A stretch of 63,804 nt of DNA, counting the filler, from Octopus bimaculoides (taxonomy: Eukaryota), in the NCBI RefSeq assembly GCF_001194135.2. It is 8 parts of 7 records of this genome, joined end to end, with 100 filler letters (N's around TTAATTAATTAA, not from the genome) between each part and the next. Parts side by side here need not be neighbours in the genome. Positions count along the whole stretch, not along the records: positions 1 to 28,482 come from NC_068981.1; positions 28,583 to 32,163 come from NC_068999.1; positions 32,264 to 44,093 come from NC_069009.1; 5 more parts are not named here. One strand, 5' to 3'. The notes beneath the pieces are model-generated. The model did not search any database and was not told where the DNA came from. It saw only the letters and a list, made by a program, of their open reading frames with translations. Below, in pieces: positions 27,692 to 40,172 of the stretch. The translations under genes and the position numbers were made by a program. Each line of letters starts with the position of its first letter. The stretch's first letter is position 1.

Positions 27692-28384
27692 TGTAGGTGC
27701 ACAAAAGTGCTGCATATCAACAACAAGCAGGAAGAGCCAATGTATCTGAGTGTACGTTTATGAGTGTGTGACTTTCACAAACACGTTCTTCCATTTCTGC
27801 GATTGACATCGCTTGATAAAACTGGTACTCGTGTTCAAACACCGTACTACAAGGAAACGACAACTAATTAATTCTAACATATGTAGCGCGCGCACACGCA
27901 CACACATATAAACATATACATATACACACATAAGCGTTCACACGCACACATACAATCAAAGGCATTCCACATGTCATCATTCCACATGTTTTTTGACGCC
28001 GTTCTTTTACCTGCATCATTCAATGTGTTCTTGTAATTTGAGATATTAAGTCACTATTTCTTGCATTGAGCGCCTGGGTATACCTCAATGTCCCCTAGGT
28101 CTGTAATATAGAGAGTTAAATAGAGAAACAGAGAGTCAGGAAGACAGAAAGACAGGCATGCAGACAACCAGATATATATTTATTTGGACAGATATATATA
28201 TATGCCTGACCTTCACTCCTTCCTCCAACATCTTCAGTCCCTTCTTCGCCGTTTTCTTTCTTTTTTTCCCCCACAATGCTTGCAACCCACAAAAAACCTA
28301 TCTGCTTTTCACAATGTAACCTCGTGGGCATCGGTACCATTTTCCTCTTTCTCCGTTCTTCCATTCTCCGAACTTTCCATCTTT

Positions 28385-28411
28385 CCGACGAAGGGCTACG
28401 CCCGAAACGTC
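28385..28411 (+). ncRNA. Decayed minimal type I hammerhead motif (Penelope-like relic)
   Basis: CCGACGA-A-GGGC(tac)GCCC-GAAACGTC; the core U4 is replaced by C and stem I is poor. Confidence 0.5.
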
Positions 28412-29262
28412 ATACACTCTCTTTCCTTTCCTGAGCGTCCAATAACACTATCCGTATCACGTCCTCACTTTGTTGTTTTTTTNNNNNNNNNNNNNNNNNN
28501 NNNNNNNNNNNNNNNNNNNNNNNNNNTTAATTAATTAANNNNNNNNNNNNNNNNNNNNNNNNNNNNNNNNNNNNNNNNNNNNAGCGGCGATGCTGGTTGT
28601 GGTGCTGGTGATGCTAGTTGTGCTGGTGGAGCTTCCTGGTGCTGATTACAGGCAATGTAGGTATTCTTGGTGGTAGTAGCAACAATGGTAGAGATGGCGC
28701 TGCTTTCGCTGTGTTCTTCAATCTGGTAGGTGGCGGATAGTGGTGGTTCGGCGCAGGTAGTGTTGTTAGGTTAGTCAGTTGCCCGTTTTGTCGGTTGGCG
28801 ACAATATATACATCTGCTTTAAGTATTCCTGCCAGCATATCACATCATCATCCATGCGATAATCCGCTTAACACAGCTAATCTCTTTCGCCGATGTGTAT
28901 GTAATATAATCCGCTTGTTGAATTGTTTTCGATATCAATATGATTCGATCTTTTGTTAGTGAGTTTTACGCACAGCCATAGATATTTCTACACGCATGCG
29001 CACACATCTGGGCATACGATAAAATACACGCACACACACACACAAACGTACCTACCAACATGCATACATACGTGCGTATACACATACATACATATATACA
29101 CACAAACATACATACACACAAATATACATATATATGTCCATATATATATATATATATTTATACATACACATGTACATGTGTCTATATATGTGTTTGTTTG
29201 GCTGTGTGTATATTTATATTTGTATATTTTTATTTATGTATATATGTGTGTATATATATATG

Positions 29263-29350
<88 letters not shown>

Positions 29351-29881
29351 TAGATAGATAGATAGATATAGATATATATATATTCACATACATATACACG
29401 CAGATACACATATATACGTATATCAATGCTAAAACACACACACACATGTATGTGTATAAGTATATAAATTCAAACGTACCTACATACTTACATACATTCA
29501 TATATACTTACGGGCATTCACGTGCGCCACTTATGAAAGGCATCATCAGATGTTGCAACACAATCTCATATCATCTCTACATATTCTTCAAATGCATTTT
29601 CAACGTCGTCATTTCAGCTGTCGTCGTTTTCTTCCTCATCGCTATGATAGCTGTCGTCAACACCGCCATCGCCAGAATCCGTCTCTTCTGCCATCTCTTC
29701 ATGTTCATCATCATCATGATTAGGATACTAATCATGGCAACACATAATGGTGTCACCCCAAGGAACCAAGATACGGAAAAATGTTTGATATCTATCAACT
29801 GGTCGTTCAGTAGTCTGTCTACTTGATTGTGGGGCTCCTACATAGACATGCATGTATCTCTCTATAGAACATCCTGTCTGC

Positions 29882-29927
<46 letters not shown>

Positions 29928-29948
29928 GTCTGTATGTCTGTCTATCTA

Positions 29949-29979
<31 letters not shown>

Positions 29980-29996
29980 ATCTATATGTCTGTCTA

Positions 29997-30067
<71 letters not shown>

Positions 30068-30162
30068 GCGTAAGATATTTGAGGACATACAATTTTGGGG
30101 TTATTGCACTATTTTTTTGCAAGCTCTGTACTATCATTGTTCCAGAAAATAATAATACAAGA

Positions 30163-30850
30163 CCCGCAAACTAGTTTCGAAGTTAATACTTTCTTACCAG
30201 CGGATATCTTTGTATATATTTATGTAATCTTAACTTGTCTTACGTTTTGTTACTTCGCTAAATTTCCTTTGAGAACAATTCGGTCTTAGTAGACTCATTA
30301 CATGTGATCTTCTTCTAGCACATTAACAGTCCGCCTATTGGTCTCCTTTATATATACATATACAATAATCCTTTGAGATCTCAGATATTTTTTCTGAATC
30401 TCCTTGATTCCTTTAATGAGCTTGTTCCTTGTTTTGATTTAATTAACCATAACCACGATCTCAAAGTTAGTATATTCGATGCAGAAACCATTTTCTGCAG
30501 AGATATTTCCGGATTTAGCGCGCCAAAACGAAGAATTTTGAATTTTACCATAAATATAATTAACAGACCCGTGTCCACGTGCTCCATTCGTAGGGAACAA
30601 CTAGTGTACGATTCTGAGATATATATTTATTTGCCAGTCCGTACTGATGAGAAACAGACATTTTTGGTAAGAAAGTATTAATTTCGAAAGTAGTTTGCGT
30701 ATAACTTGGTATATATTTATGTAATTTTCACTTGTCTTACCTGTATACGTTTGTTACTTCGCTAAATTTCCTTTGACGACAATTCGGTCTTAGTAGACAC
30801 ATTACATGTGATTTTCTTCTAGCACATTAACAGTCCACCTATTAGACTCC
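30163..30850 (+). mobile_element. Non-autonomous Penelope-like/retrozyme-like unit: 497-bp period, partial tandem duplication, 5' inverted segment
   Basis: 30200-30350 is repeated at 30697-30850. 30165-30199 is the inverted copy of 30665-30699 (33/35). Contains a hammerhead. Confidence 0.7.
30637..30702 (+). ncRNA. Type I hammerhead ribozyme (partly decayed)
   Basis: gtccgta-CTGATGA-gaaa...tttc-GAAA(g)tag-T-T, then tgcgtat. The inverted copy retains GAAACTAGT, and the consensus stem I 3' strand is tgcggat. Confidence 0.65.
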
Positions 30851-30892
30851 TATATATATGCATATATGTATGTATGTCTGTGTATATGTTTT

Positions 30893-31091
30893 TGTGTCTG
30901 TTTCTGTCCCTCCAACATCGCCTGACAACCGATGCTAGTGTGTTTATGTCCCCGTAACCTAGCGATTCGGCAAAAGAGACCGATATAATAATTACTAGGC
31001 TTACAAAGAATAAGTCCTGGGGTCGATTTGCTCGACTAAAGGCGGTGCTCCAGCATGGCCACAGTCAAATAACTGAAACAAGCAAAAGAGT
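30893..31091 (+). mobile_element. SINE family A, 3' half
   Basis: Near-consensus match to 43190-43395. Confidence 0.85.
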
Positions 31092-32126
31092 GAATTAGTA
31101 GATATACCTTCATTCACTGGACAACTTTTAGTGAACACCGGAACAAATCCTTTCGCAATTAAGATTTTAATAATTATTTTTAAACATTGTACTATCTTAA
31201 TATAACGGTTAATCTATTTTACGGTATCTTATGTGAAATCATATATTTGGTACCCATCAACTAAGAACTGAATTCTCTTTCCTTGAAATTAGATCGAAAA
31301 GGAAGGCAAAAGAAAATGGATAATATAGATTATTTCGTGGTAAGCACCTCACACATTTTTAAAGAAGAATATTAAATAAGTAAATATACCTTACTGATAA
31401 TTTGTGGTTTACGTTCATCTAAAAAATGTAATAATGCAAATAATATTAAAAAAATGACAAGATTCTGAGATGCAGTTATTGCTCAACTTCTGTTAAACGT
31501 GATAAAAAAAAATATACGCACATCAACACATAAATACAGAAACACAGACAGGCACACAAAGGGACACACGCACGCACACATACGCACACACGTGCCTCAC
31601 ACGACACTTACGAGTCTATGTGAATCTGTTTTCACAAGAATGTTATATATATGTGTTATATATATGTTATATATATATATATATAATATATATATGTATA
31701 TATATATATGTTATATATATGTTATATATATGTGTGTTATCTGTCTTTTTTAAAGACAGCTAATGGTTTGTTAATTATAAATTGCGGTTAATTCATTTTT
31801 GTATTTATTATTTAGGGCATTTATTTTCGTGTTGGATATAATATATTGAAATGCTAATAATTATGGAGTTAATTTTTCACGAAATATCGCAAATAGTCGG
31901 AATTATCAATATTTAATAAAAAAAAAAAATTAAGTAACTCTATTATGATATTCATTAAAAAATACACACCCAACAACACATTTTCAAGAAGCGTAATTTT
32001 TTTTCAAGGCAAATGTAACTATGTACGTACGTGTGAATGAATACACGTATGCACGGCTGCATGTAATTATTATTATCATTATTAGTGTTATTGTTATTGT
32101 TGGTGTTATCATCGTAATCATCATCA

Positions 32127-32163
<37 letters not shown>

Positions 32164-32441
32164 NNNNNNNNNNNNNNNNNNNNNNNNNNNNNNNNNNNNN
32201 NNNNNNNTTAATTAATTAANNNNNNNNNNNNNNNNNNNNNNNNNNNNNNNNNNNNNNNNNNNNTATGTATACAAGAGACGGACAGAAGTAGTATAAAGCA
32301 AGCAGAGGGGGAGCAGCAGAGAGTGTGTGAGAAAGAAAGATATATAAAGAGAAAGAGGGGGAGGGGGAGATTGTATATGAGAGAGAGATAGAGGGAAGTC
32401 ATGTGAAACAGGGAGAGGGGGAAGAAGCAGAGAATGTGTTC

Positions 32442-32476
<35 letters not shown>

Positions 32477-32694
32477 TACATATACACATATATATACATG
32501 TATATCTATCTATCTATCTATCTATATATGTGCATATTCATTCATACGTGTATATGTACACGAAGGTAGGTTTATGTTTCGACACACAGACACACGTATG
32601 CTCGTATCCTCAATTAAATACATATGTCGATAAATGCACATACATATTTATGCGTTCGTGTGTGTATATGCATACATCTGTACACATGTGTGTA

Positions 32695-32733
<39 letters not shown>

Positions 32734-33515
32734 GTGATTGGTAAATGCACTCATATATATATCTATATATACCAACACATACCTATACACCCACAAATAT
32801 GTCTATATGCAAATGTATATTTGTGTGTTTATGCTTGAATGTGGATGCGTATAAAAGTCAATCTATGTTGTTATCGATACTGATATATTATAAATGTGTA
32901 ATTATGTGTGTCTTTATATCGATATATGTTATTTTTTTCTATGAACATCTTTGTTCGTTTTCTACACACATATCTCAACACAAATCTATGTTTCGCCATT
33001 GTTCTTTTTTATATATAACCACGTCTCTAACCGATCCCCTCCTTCTGTCTGTATTACATTTTATCTATCGGTTCGTGTCATCCAATTTTGTCGTCTGTAT
33101 CGTCAAAATATTTAATAAACCAACTAAACTCATAAATCTATACTTTCCACCATCGTTCTACAATTACTAACGCTCTAGCTCTCACTAACCATTGATCCTA
33201 ATATCTTTGTTATGTTCTATTTAACGTCTGCTTTCTCTCCATCTTTTTGTGTCCCTTGTATGTCTGTTATAGTTTATCAATAGTCTCGTCTGCTTCTCAT
33301 CCATTGTGCCTTCTGCTTCTACTAACTCCCAAATGGCCCAGTATCACTGTTATATTTTGTCTATTTAACCTCTCTGCTTCTTTGTACATCGTGTCGTTTG
33401 CTCCAACCTAACAGAGGTCCCTAGAGGGGTGTCTAAAATCACATTACCATTTTTTGTAGTGGGGTGAGTGTGTATGTATGTGTCTATATATATAACACAT
33501 TTAGGATAACCCTGC

Positions 33516-33557
<42 letters not shown>

Positions 33558-34854
33558 NNNNNNNNNNNNNNNNNNNNNNNNNNNNNNNNNNNNNNNNNNN
33601 NNNNNNNNNNNNNNNNNNNNNNNNNNNNNNNNNNNNNNNNNNNNNNNNNNNNNNNNNNNNNNNNNNNNNNNNNNNNNNNNNNNNNNNNNNNNNNNNNNNN
33701 NNNNNNNNNNNNNNNNNNNNNNNNNNNNNNNNNNNNNNNNNNNNNNNNNNNNNNNNNNNNNNNNNNNNNNNNNNNNNNNNNNNNNNNNNNNNNNNNNNNN
33801 NNNNNNNNNNNNNNNNNNNNNNNNNNNNNNNNNNNNNNNNNAAACTGATTCACAAAATATGCCTTTTTGAAAAGGAAGTAAAAAAAAGTCTGAAAATCGG
33901 CTATAGTGTACTTTTAGCCAATAGAGAGATAGAAATTTTCTGCGTTTAGCAGAGCGATGTCAACTTTAAGGATGTATTCTGTGAAATTTATAGTTTAGCG
34001 TCTGTAAAACGACCTGTTTATTGTAGATTTCTAAATAAACAGAAACACCTAATAGTATCAACATGTATCACCTTACTGTTTCTTTTGTGTCTTCATTGAT
34101 AGCATGCTTTTATTACTTTTTCTTAATTTGTTATATTAATATATTTGTCTGCATGTGTTTACTTTATGCGTATTTCAAGTGCGCCACAGGTCAGGAAGCA
34201 AGCTTCTTACCACACAACTACGCCGTGCCTATATGTATGATAATGTTATATAACTGTTAAAGTTGTTGTTCATCTGTTATATATATATCTATTATACAGT
34301 AGTTGTTCATCTAACCAAACTGTTTTATTTCTATATTATCGCCTACTTGAACCAACTAACCAAACATGACACTGATATCACTACGCTTACAGTTCATGTG
34401 TGTCGTCTGATCTTTTCTCTAGTCTGTCGTCTGCTTCAATCAAATATTTTTTTAAATGGAAACAACTAAACCTAAACGAAATAAACAAAATGAAGACATT
34501 AAACAGGAAAATAGAACAACATACTGTCTAGCAGTCATGGAAAACTAAATAAAATATAACTCAATGATCATAACAAGGAACAAACACAAAAATACAAGAA
34601 TTATGTCTGAAAGACAAAGACAGATAGCCATTTTTTTCACTGACAGTTTTAAATTAACAACGCCATATTGGTGCTTCATATAACAATGCTTCCCTCTAAA
34701 CATTAACCAAAATTAATCATCCAAATACAATCTCGTTATTCATACCTCTAAATCGGAGGCACTCAAAATTATTTTCCCACCGTACCTCTTCAACAAGTTC
34801 ATGCACCTCGTATGAAGAATATGAAATAAAATGGCTTGATATCATAGAACACAG

Positions 34855-35110
34855 TGGAGGCACGTGCCTTAGCGATTAGGGTGTTGGACACATGATTGTA
34901 AAATTATGGTTTCGATTCTTGGATTGGGCAATGCGTTGTGTTCTTGAACAAAGCACTTCATTTTACGTTGCTCCAGTCTACTAAGCTGGTAAAAAATGAG
35001 TAATCCTCCGACGAACTGATGTCCCGCCCAGTGGGGTTTATATGTGTCACAGAATCAGGGAAAACAGCCCTGTGAGTCAACATGACTCGGAAAGAAGCTT
35101 TATCCTTTAT
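34855..35110 (+). mobile_element. SINE family C
   Basis: tRNA-like head and gcgttgtgttcttgaacaaagcactt...ttgctccagtc. Confidence 0.75.
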
Positions 35111-35159
35111 CCATAGAACAGACAATAGATTTGTATTTTTTGCATTTTATTCGATTTAA

Positions 35160-35730
35160 AGAGCTCAAATCCTGCCGTGGTTAACTTCCAGGGTCAATAA
35201 AATAAAGTACCAGTGCAGTACTGGCGAGAATATAGCCGATTGTGGAAACTTTTCTTCTACAGTACCCCTCCATTATGTTGGTGTAACCTGTGGCGAACAT
35301 CGTGTAAAATTGTTGGATACAACAGAACAGACGATAGATATTAACTGAAAGAATTCAAATCACACTGGAGTCAACTTAGCCCTTCCTTCTGTCGAATAAA
35401 CACCAGTCAAGTACTGGGGTGGATGTAATCGACTGTTGTTTCCCCGACAAAATTTCTAGCATTTTTTCCGGCTCTTCAAGCTAAGTTTTCTGCTAATATA
35501 TATTTATAAATGTTTCAAGGTGGTGAACAGGTAGAATCTTTACCGCGTCGGGCAAAATGTTTAATGACATTTCGTTCGTCTTTACGTTCTTAGTTTAAAT
35601 GCCACCGACATTGTCTTTGCATTTTATCCTTTCTAACTCGATAAAATAGGTATCAGTTGAGCACTGGGGTTAATGTAATCAACATACCTTCTCCACCAAA
35701 ATTACTGGCCTTAGGCCAAAATTTAAAATT
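35160..35730 (+). mobile_element. Cluster of three family B SINE copies or fragments
   Basis: Repeated tcaaat...aaataa(a)gtaccag...actgggg...gatgtaatc blocks; the copy at 35515-35730 is near full length. Confidence 0.65.
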
Positions 35731-35739
35731 ACTATATTC

Positions 35740-36175
35740 CCATCCATCCATTTTTGCCCACAACTCTTGAGAGTTTCGTGGGAGCAGAGTTTCCAGATAT
35801 CTCCTCCATGGAGTCTTATTAGAAGCATCCACCGATACATATTCCGGCTGGATTCTCAAGCGTGACCAACTGAGACTGTGGATATTATCCAACTGTCTCA
35901 TTCTCGGCCAACCCATAGGTCTCCTGACGGTTGTTAGGGTAGAGTTTTCAGGCACCTCCTCGATAGGGTCCTATCAGAAGCAACGCTCACTAGACGTTGC
36001 GATTCCCCAGAAATTCCCCAGAGTTACCAACTGAGTCTATGGCTATTATCTAACCATTTCGTTCTTGGTCGACTCATTGATGTTCTGCCAGTTGGCTTAG
36101 CTTCAAGTATCCGTCTCATGATTTTTTTCCCTGTGCCATTCTAATCACAAGTCCCAGCTATAACCTCCCAATGCA
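35740..36175 (-). mobile_element. RTE LINE 3' relic with two tandem C-terminal segments
   Basis: RRPMGWPRMRQLDNIHSLSW resembles RTE G.RPRGRP..RW.D. It is preceded by a second diverged KWLDNSHRLSW...SDRTLSRRCLKTLP segment. Confidence 0.6.
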
Positions 36176-36237
36176 GAGAACTAACAGCTTAACCCGGAGA
36201 CACTCCCTGATCTTTTAGGCAGCGAGAGCAGAGAACA

Positions 36238-36324
36238 ACACACTTCCTCAAGGTGCCAGGCAGGGGGACTGAACCCAGAACCATGTGGTCGAGAAACAAA
36301 CTTCTTACCACACAGCCATACCTG
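36238..36324 (-). mobile_element. SINE family A head fragment
   Basis: Reverse complement of the head and caccttg block. Confidence 0.7.
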
Positions 36325-36686
36325 TAGTTAAATCAAAACCATTGTAATTCACTACGGATATGGGAAATGGTATTTATTCACTTATTGATTAAATTATGGC
36401 AGAGAAATTCGAAAGAGACAACTTAGAAAAACCTACTAACTTATCAATTAAATTCTGGCCAAAAATTTCAAGGGAGACAAATCTCAAATTTTAATTGAAT
36501 TCAATTTAATTAAAACTACAATTGAGACTTTATATTTCGGGCATTGTCTTCCCTGCATTTTTTCAAATCAGGATTCAAAATTAATCAAATGATTTGTTCA
36601 CCTGATTGCAAATGTAAATTTGATAAATTAAAATATCTCAGATCAATAAATTAAGTAAATTAGCAATGGCATTATTTCTATGTCCC

Positions 36687-36906
36687 AAGACGCTGAATTG
36701 GCAGAATCGTTAGCGCGCCGGGCGAAATGCTTAGTCATATTTCGTCCGTGTGAACGTTCCGAGTTCAAATTCCGCCGGTGTCGATTTTGCTTTTCATCCT
36801 TTCGGGATTGATAAATTAAGTACCAGTGAAACACAGGGGTCGATGTAATCGACTAGTCCCCACGCCCAAAATTTCAGTCCTTATGCCTTTAGTTGAAAGG
36901 ATCATT
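36687..36906 (+). mobile_element. Full-length SINE family B (tRNA head plus Deu/Nin-like domain)
   Basis: A-box tggcagaatcg, B-box gttcaaattcc, and tttcatcctttcgggattgataaattaagtaccag. Confidence 0.85.
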
Positions 36907-36973
36907 TCCACGTCCATCTTTTTCACTGTCTCAGCTCCTTTCAATCATTTAACCTTAAAAAATAACCAGCTGA

Positions 36974-37015
<42 letters not shown>

Positions 37016-37019
<4 letters not shown>

Positions 37020-37599
37020 TTCCACCCATGCCACTACTGGTGATATCATCAAATTTAGAATTTATCCACAGATGATATGAACAGTAGTGACATCTAACTT
37101 CAAATCTCAGTGTCTGAATATTTCATTTATAAATTTTTATGCACCATCTGCTCTGTTTTTGGCGCAAAACAAAACCAGTTGCACAGTCAGAGACTAACAT
37201 GAACAGTCACGGATTTAAACTGCTGGTCCACACTGACGAGGCTCAGAGTTAAATACCCAAAAACCGAAACCTGGTTTGTGGATATCCCTAATTGCATAAT
37301 ATTTTTATTTGTGCTGTTAAATGTTTTAATTCTTTCTGTTTTCCTCGCATACTGTTTTTCTCTGTTATATTGGTGCGCTACGGTGGATTAATTTAAGACT
37401 TAGCTCTTATTTCTAGCAGGTAGATGCTCATTAAGCATCATTACGCGTCGTGCAAACTTATAATTCATAGCTGTTTAAAGCTATTATAACTGCGTTCCAC
37501 CCATGCCACTACTGGTGATATCATCAAATTTAGAATTTATCCACAGATGATATGAACAGTAGTGACATCTAATTTCAAATCTCAGTGTTTGAATGTTTC

Positions 37600-37606
<7 letters not shown>
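37016..37606 (+). mobile_element. Hammerhead-bearing non-coding element: 475-bp unit plus 116-bp terminal direct repeat, between (TA)n tracts
   Basis: 37016-37131 equals 37491-37606 with 3 mismatches. (TA)n lies on both sides and a hammerhead lies internally. Confidence 0.8.
37226..37283 (+). ncRNA. Type I hammerhead ribozyme
   Basis: Stem I gtccaca/tgtggat (7 bp), CTGACGA at 37233-37239, stem II gg/cc with a 22-nt loop, GAAA at 37266-37269, stem III ACC(T)GGT, triplet GUU; predicted cut after 37276. Confidence 0.75.
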
Positions 37607-37635
<29 letters not shown>

Positions 37636-37660
37636 CAATCATTGTTCTAAGTTGATATAT

Positions 37661-37950
37661 CTTTTATCTTTTACCTGTTTCAGCCATTAAACTGCGGCCA
37701 TGCTGGGGCACTGCATAGAATTTTTAGTCTTATTTTTTAAAGTCTGGTACCTATTCTATCTGTTGGCAAGTGGTGATGGAGGATAAACGCAGACACACAC
37801 ACACATAGATATATATACATATATATATGACAGGCTTCTTTCAGATTCCGTCTACCAAATCCACTCACAAGGCTTTGGTCGGCCTAAGGCTATAGTAGAA
37901 GATAATTGCCCAAGATGCCACGCAGTGGGACTGAATCTGGAGCCACATGG
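37661..37950 (-). mobile_element. SINE family A, partly deleted
   Basis: Tail, middle and CORE-like blocks on the minus strand. Confidence 0.8.
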
Positions 37951-38335
37951 ACATTCTCTCATAAAGTATAAACCTAAGTCAATATCATCATTTATCTCTA
38001 TAATCTCCGAGGTTTTTTTCCCCTCCAATTTGTAGTTTCCACCATATAACCATATCTATCATTACATCTATATTTTAGTTAATTTCTAGTGTTGTCTAGT
38101 CTTCCCTTCTGGTTATCGTCTGCTTCAACCAAGTCTTTAGCAAATCATCTCAGACGTTTACTTACATCTCCATCATTGACCTACATCTAAAATCTAACTA
38201 TAGTCCGCATATCTCCTCGCCAATTATCAATGTCCCTATATCTCTGTTATAGTTACATTTATCTGCCATCTGGTCATCTTCCATTGTGTCGCCCAGCTCT
38301 TATCAACCTCACTAAGTATAACTGCATACACGAAG

Positions 38336-38382
<47 letters not shown>

Positions 38383-38419
38383 CAGACATAATACATGTAT
38401 GTCTAGAAATGGATATATT

Positions 38420-38454
<35 letters not shown>

Positions 38455-38626
38455 GGGGAGGTATGTGTTATTGTTTATAGTGTCTGCTTCTCTCAAATTT
38501 GTTGCCTGTTTTCACCGAGTAACTGAGCATAACACTGATATAACTTGAACAAAACGGTCCCACACCATAAGACATACTTATTAAACTCGCAAATAAGACA
38601 ACATTCATACATACATACATATATAC

Positions 38627-38658
<32 letters not shown>

Positions 38659-38659
<1 letters not shown>

Positions 38660-38823
38660 AACAATATATGAGTATATGCATATATATGTACATGTATGTA
38701 TATACGTTCATCCACATGTACATATAGATACATAACTGGGTACATGACGTGGCAAAAGAACAAGGACAAAATGGTAAACAAGGTGCAACAAACAAGCAGG
38801 CCACATAGAAACATCCCCTTCAT
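38659..38823. repeat. 165-bp young repeat, copy 1
   Basis: Identical to 55574-55738 except for 2 C/T differences. Confidence 0.85.
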
Positions 38824-40127
38824 ATATATACGTATACATATATATNNNNNNNNNNNNNNNNNNNNNNNNNNNNNNNNNNNNNNNNNNNNNNNNNNNNNNN
38901 NNNNNNNNNNNNNNNNNNNNNNNNNNNNNNNNNNNNNNNNNNNNNNNNNNNNNNNNNNNNNNNNNNNNNNNNNNNNNNNNNNNNNNNNNNNNNNNNNNNN
39001 NNNNNNNNNNNNNNNNNNNNNNNNNNNNNNNNNNNNNNNNNNNNNNNNNNNNNNNNNNNNNNNNNNNNNNNNNNNNNNNNNNNNNNNNNNNNNNNNNNNN
39101 NNNNNNNNNNNNNNNNNNNNNNNNNNNNNNNNNNNNNNNNNNNNNNNNNNNNNNNNNNNNNNNNNNNNNNNNNNNNNNNNNNNNNNNNNNNNNNNNNNNN
39201 NNNNNNNNNNNNNNNNNNNNNNNNNNNNNNNNNNNNNNNNNNNNNNNNNNNNNNNNNNNNNNNNNNNNNNNNNNNNNNNNNNNNNNNNNNNNNNNNNNNN
39301 NNNNNNNNNNNNNNNNNNNNNNNNNNNNNNNNNNNNNNNATACGTACACATACATACACACACAGGCACACACACACACACACACACATGCATATGTATA
39401 TATATATTTGTTTCAGTTGTTATCTAGCTAACCTTTGTGGGTCTTTTTTCTCCATTTCGACGCCTCCTTGAACCGTCTAACCAACCATGTCACTGATATC
39501 ACGCCTACAGTTCACCTATCGTATCGTCTAATCTCTTCTCTCTAGCTTGTCGTCTGTTTCAATCAAATCTTGGTTTTTGTTTCTTTAAAAAACAAAAGTC
39601 AAGAACCAAATCTAAAGAAAACGAACAAATTAAACAGACAAATTGAACAAGAGATGATTGTCTGGCGGTCATGGAATATAACTGAACGCAAACTCAGTGA
39701 TAGCAACAAGTAAGAAATAAAGAAAAACATGAGTGATTTCCGAAAAAGAAAGAGACTGCCATTCTTTTCTTTTTTCTAGTTTTAAATCAAAAAAGCCATA
39801 TCTAAACTTGATATGAAGTATTCCTAAAGGACAGTCTATGAATTTTCATTCATTTTTTCCCCACTAATCCTCATCGTAGTCGTAGTCATCGCCATTACCT
39901 TCATCGTAGTTCACATCGTCTTCGCCGTTATTGTTATCGATATAGCATCGTCGGCGTCGTCATTGTCCTTGTGTAATCATTTAAGATGTTATTTTTTTTA
40001 ACTTCTTTTACGTCTCTATTGTTTCATTGCGGAAAGAAAAAAGAAAAACCTTTCGCAGATAGATAATCCTTGAATTCCTTTCTCGTTATTGTCAGTATAT
40101 ATGTATGTATGTGTGTGTGTTTGTGTG

Positions 40128-40172
<45 letters not shown>

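Noticed and set aside
28527-28538. TTAATTAATTAA between N runs (also at 32208, 44138, 50429, 57011, 58256, 62235)
   Set aside because: Identical 100-bp N-spacer-N cassettes with stops in all frames; a scaffolding linker, not biology.
28583-28860. GC-rich GGT/GCT stretch resembling coding DNA
   Set aside because: Degenerate trinucleotide low-complexity sequence with no coherent ORF or splice sites.
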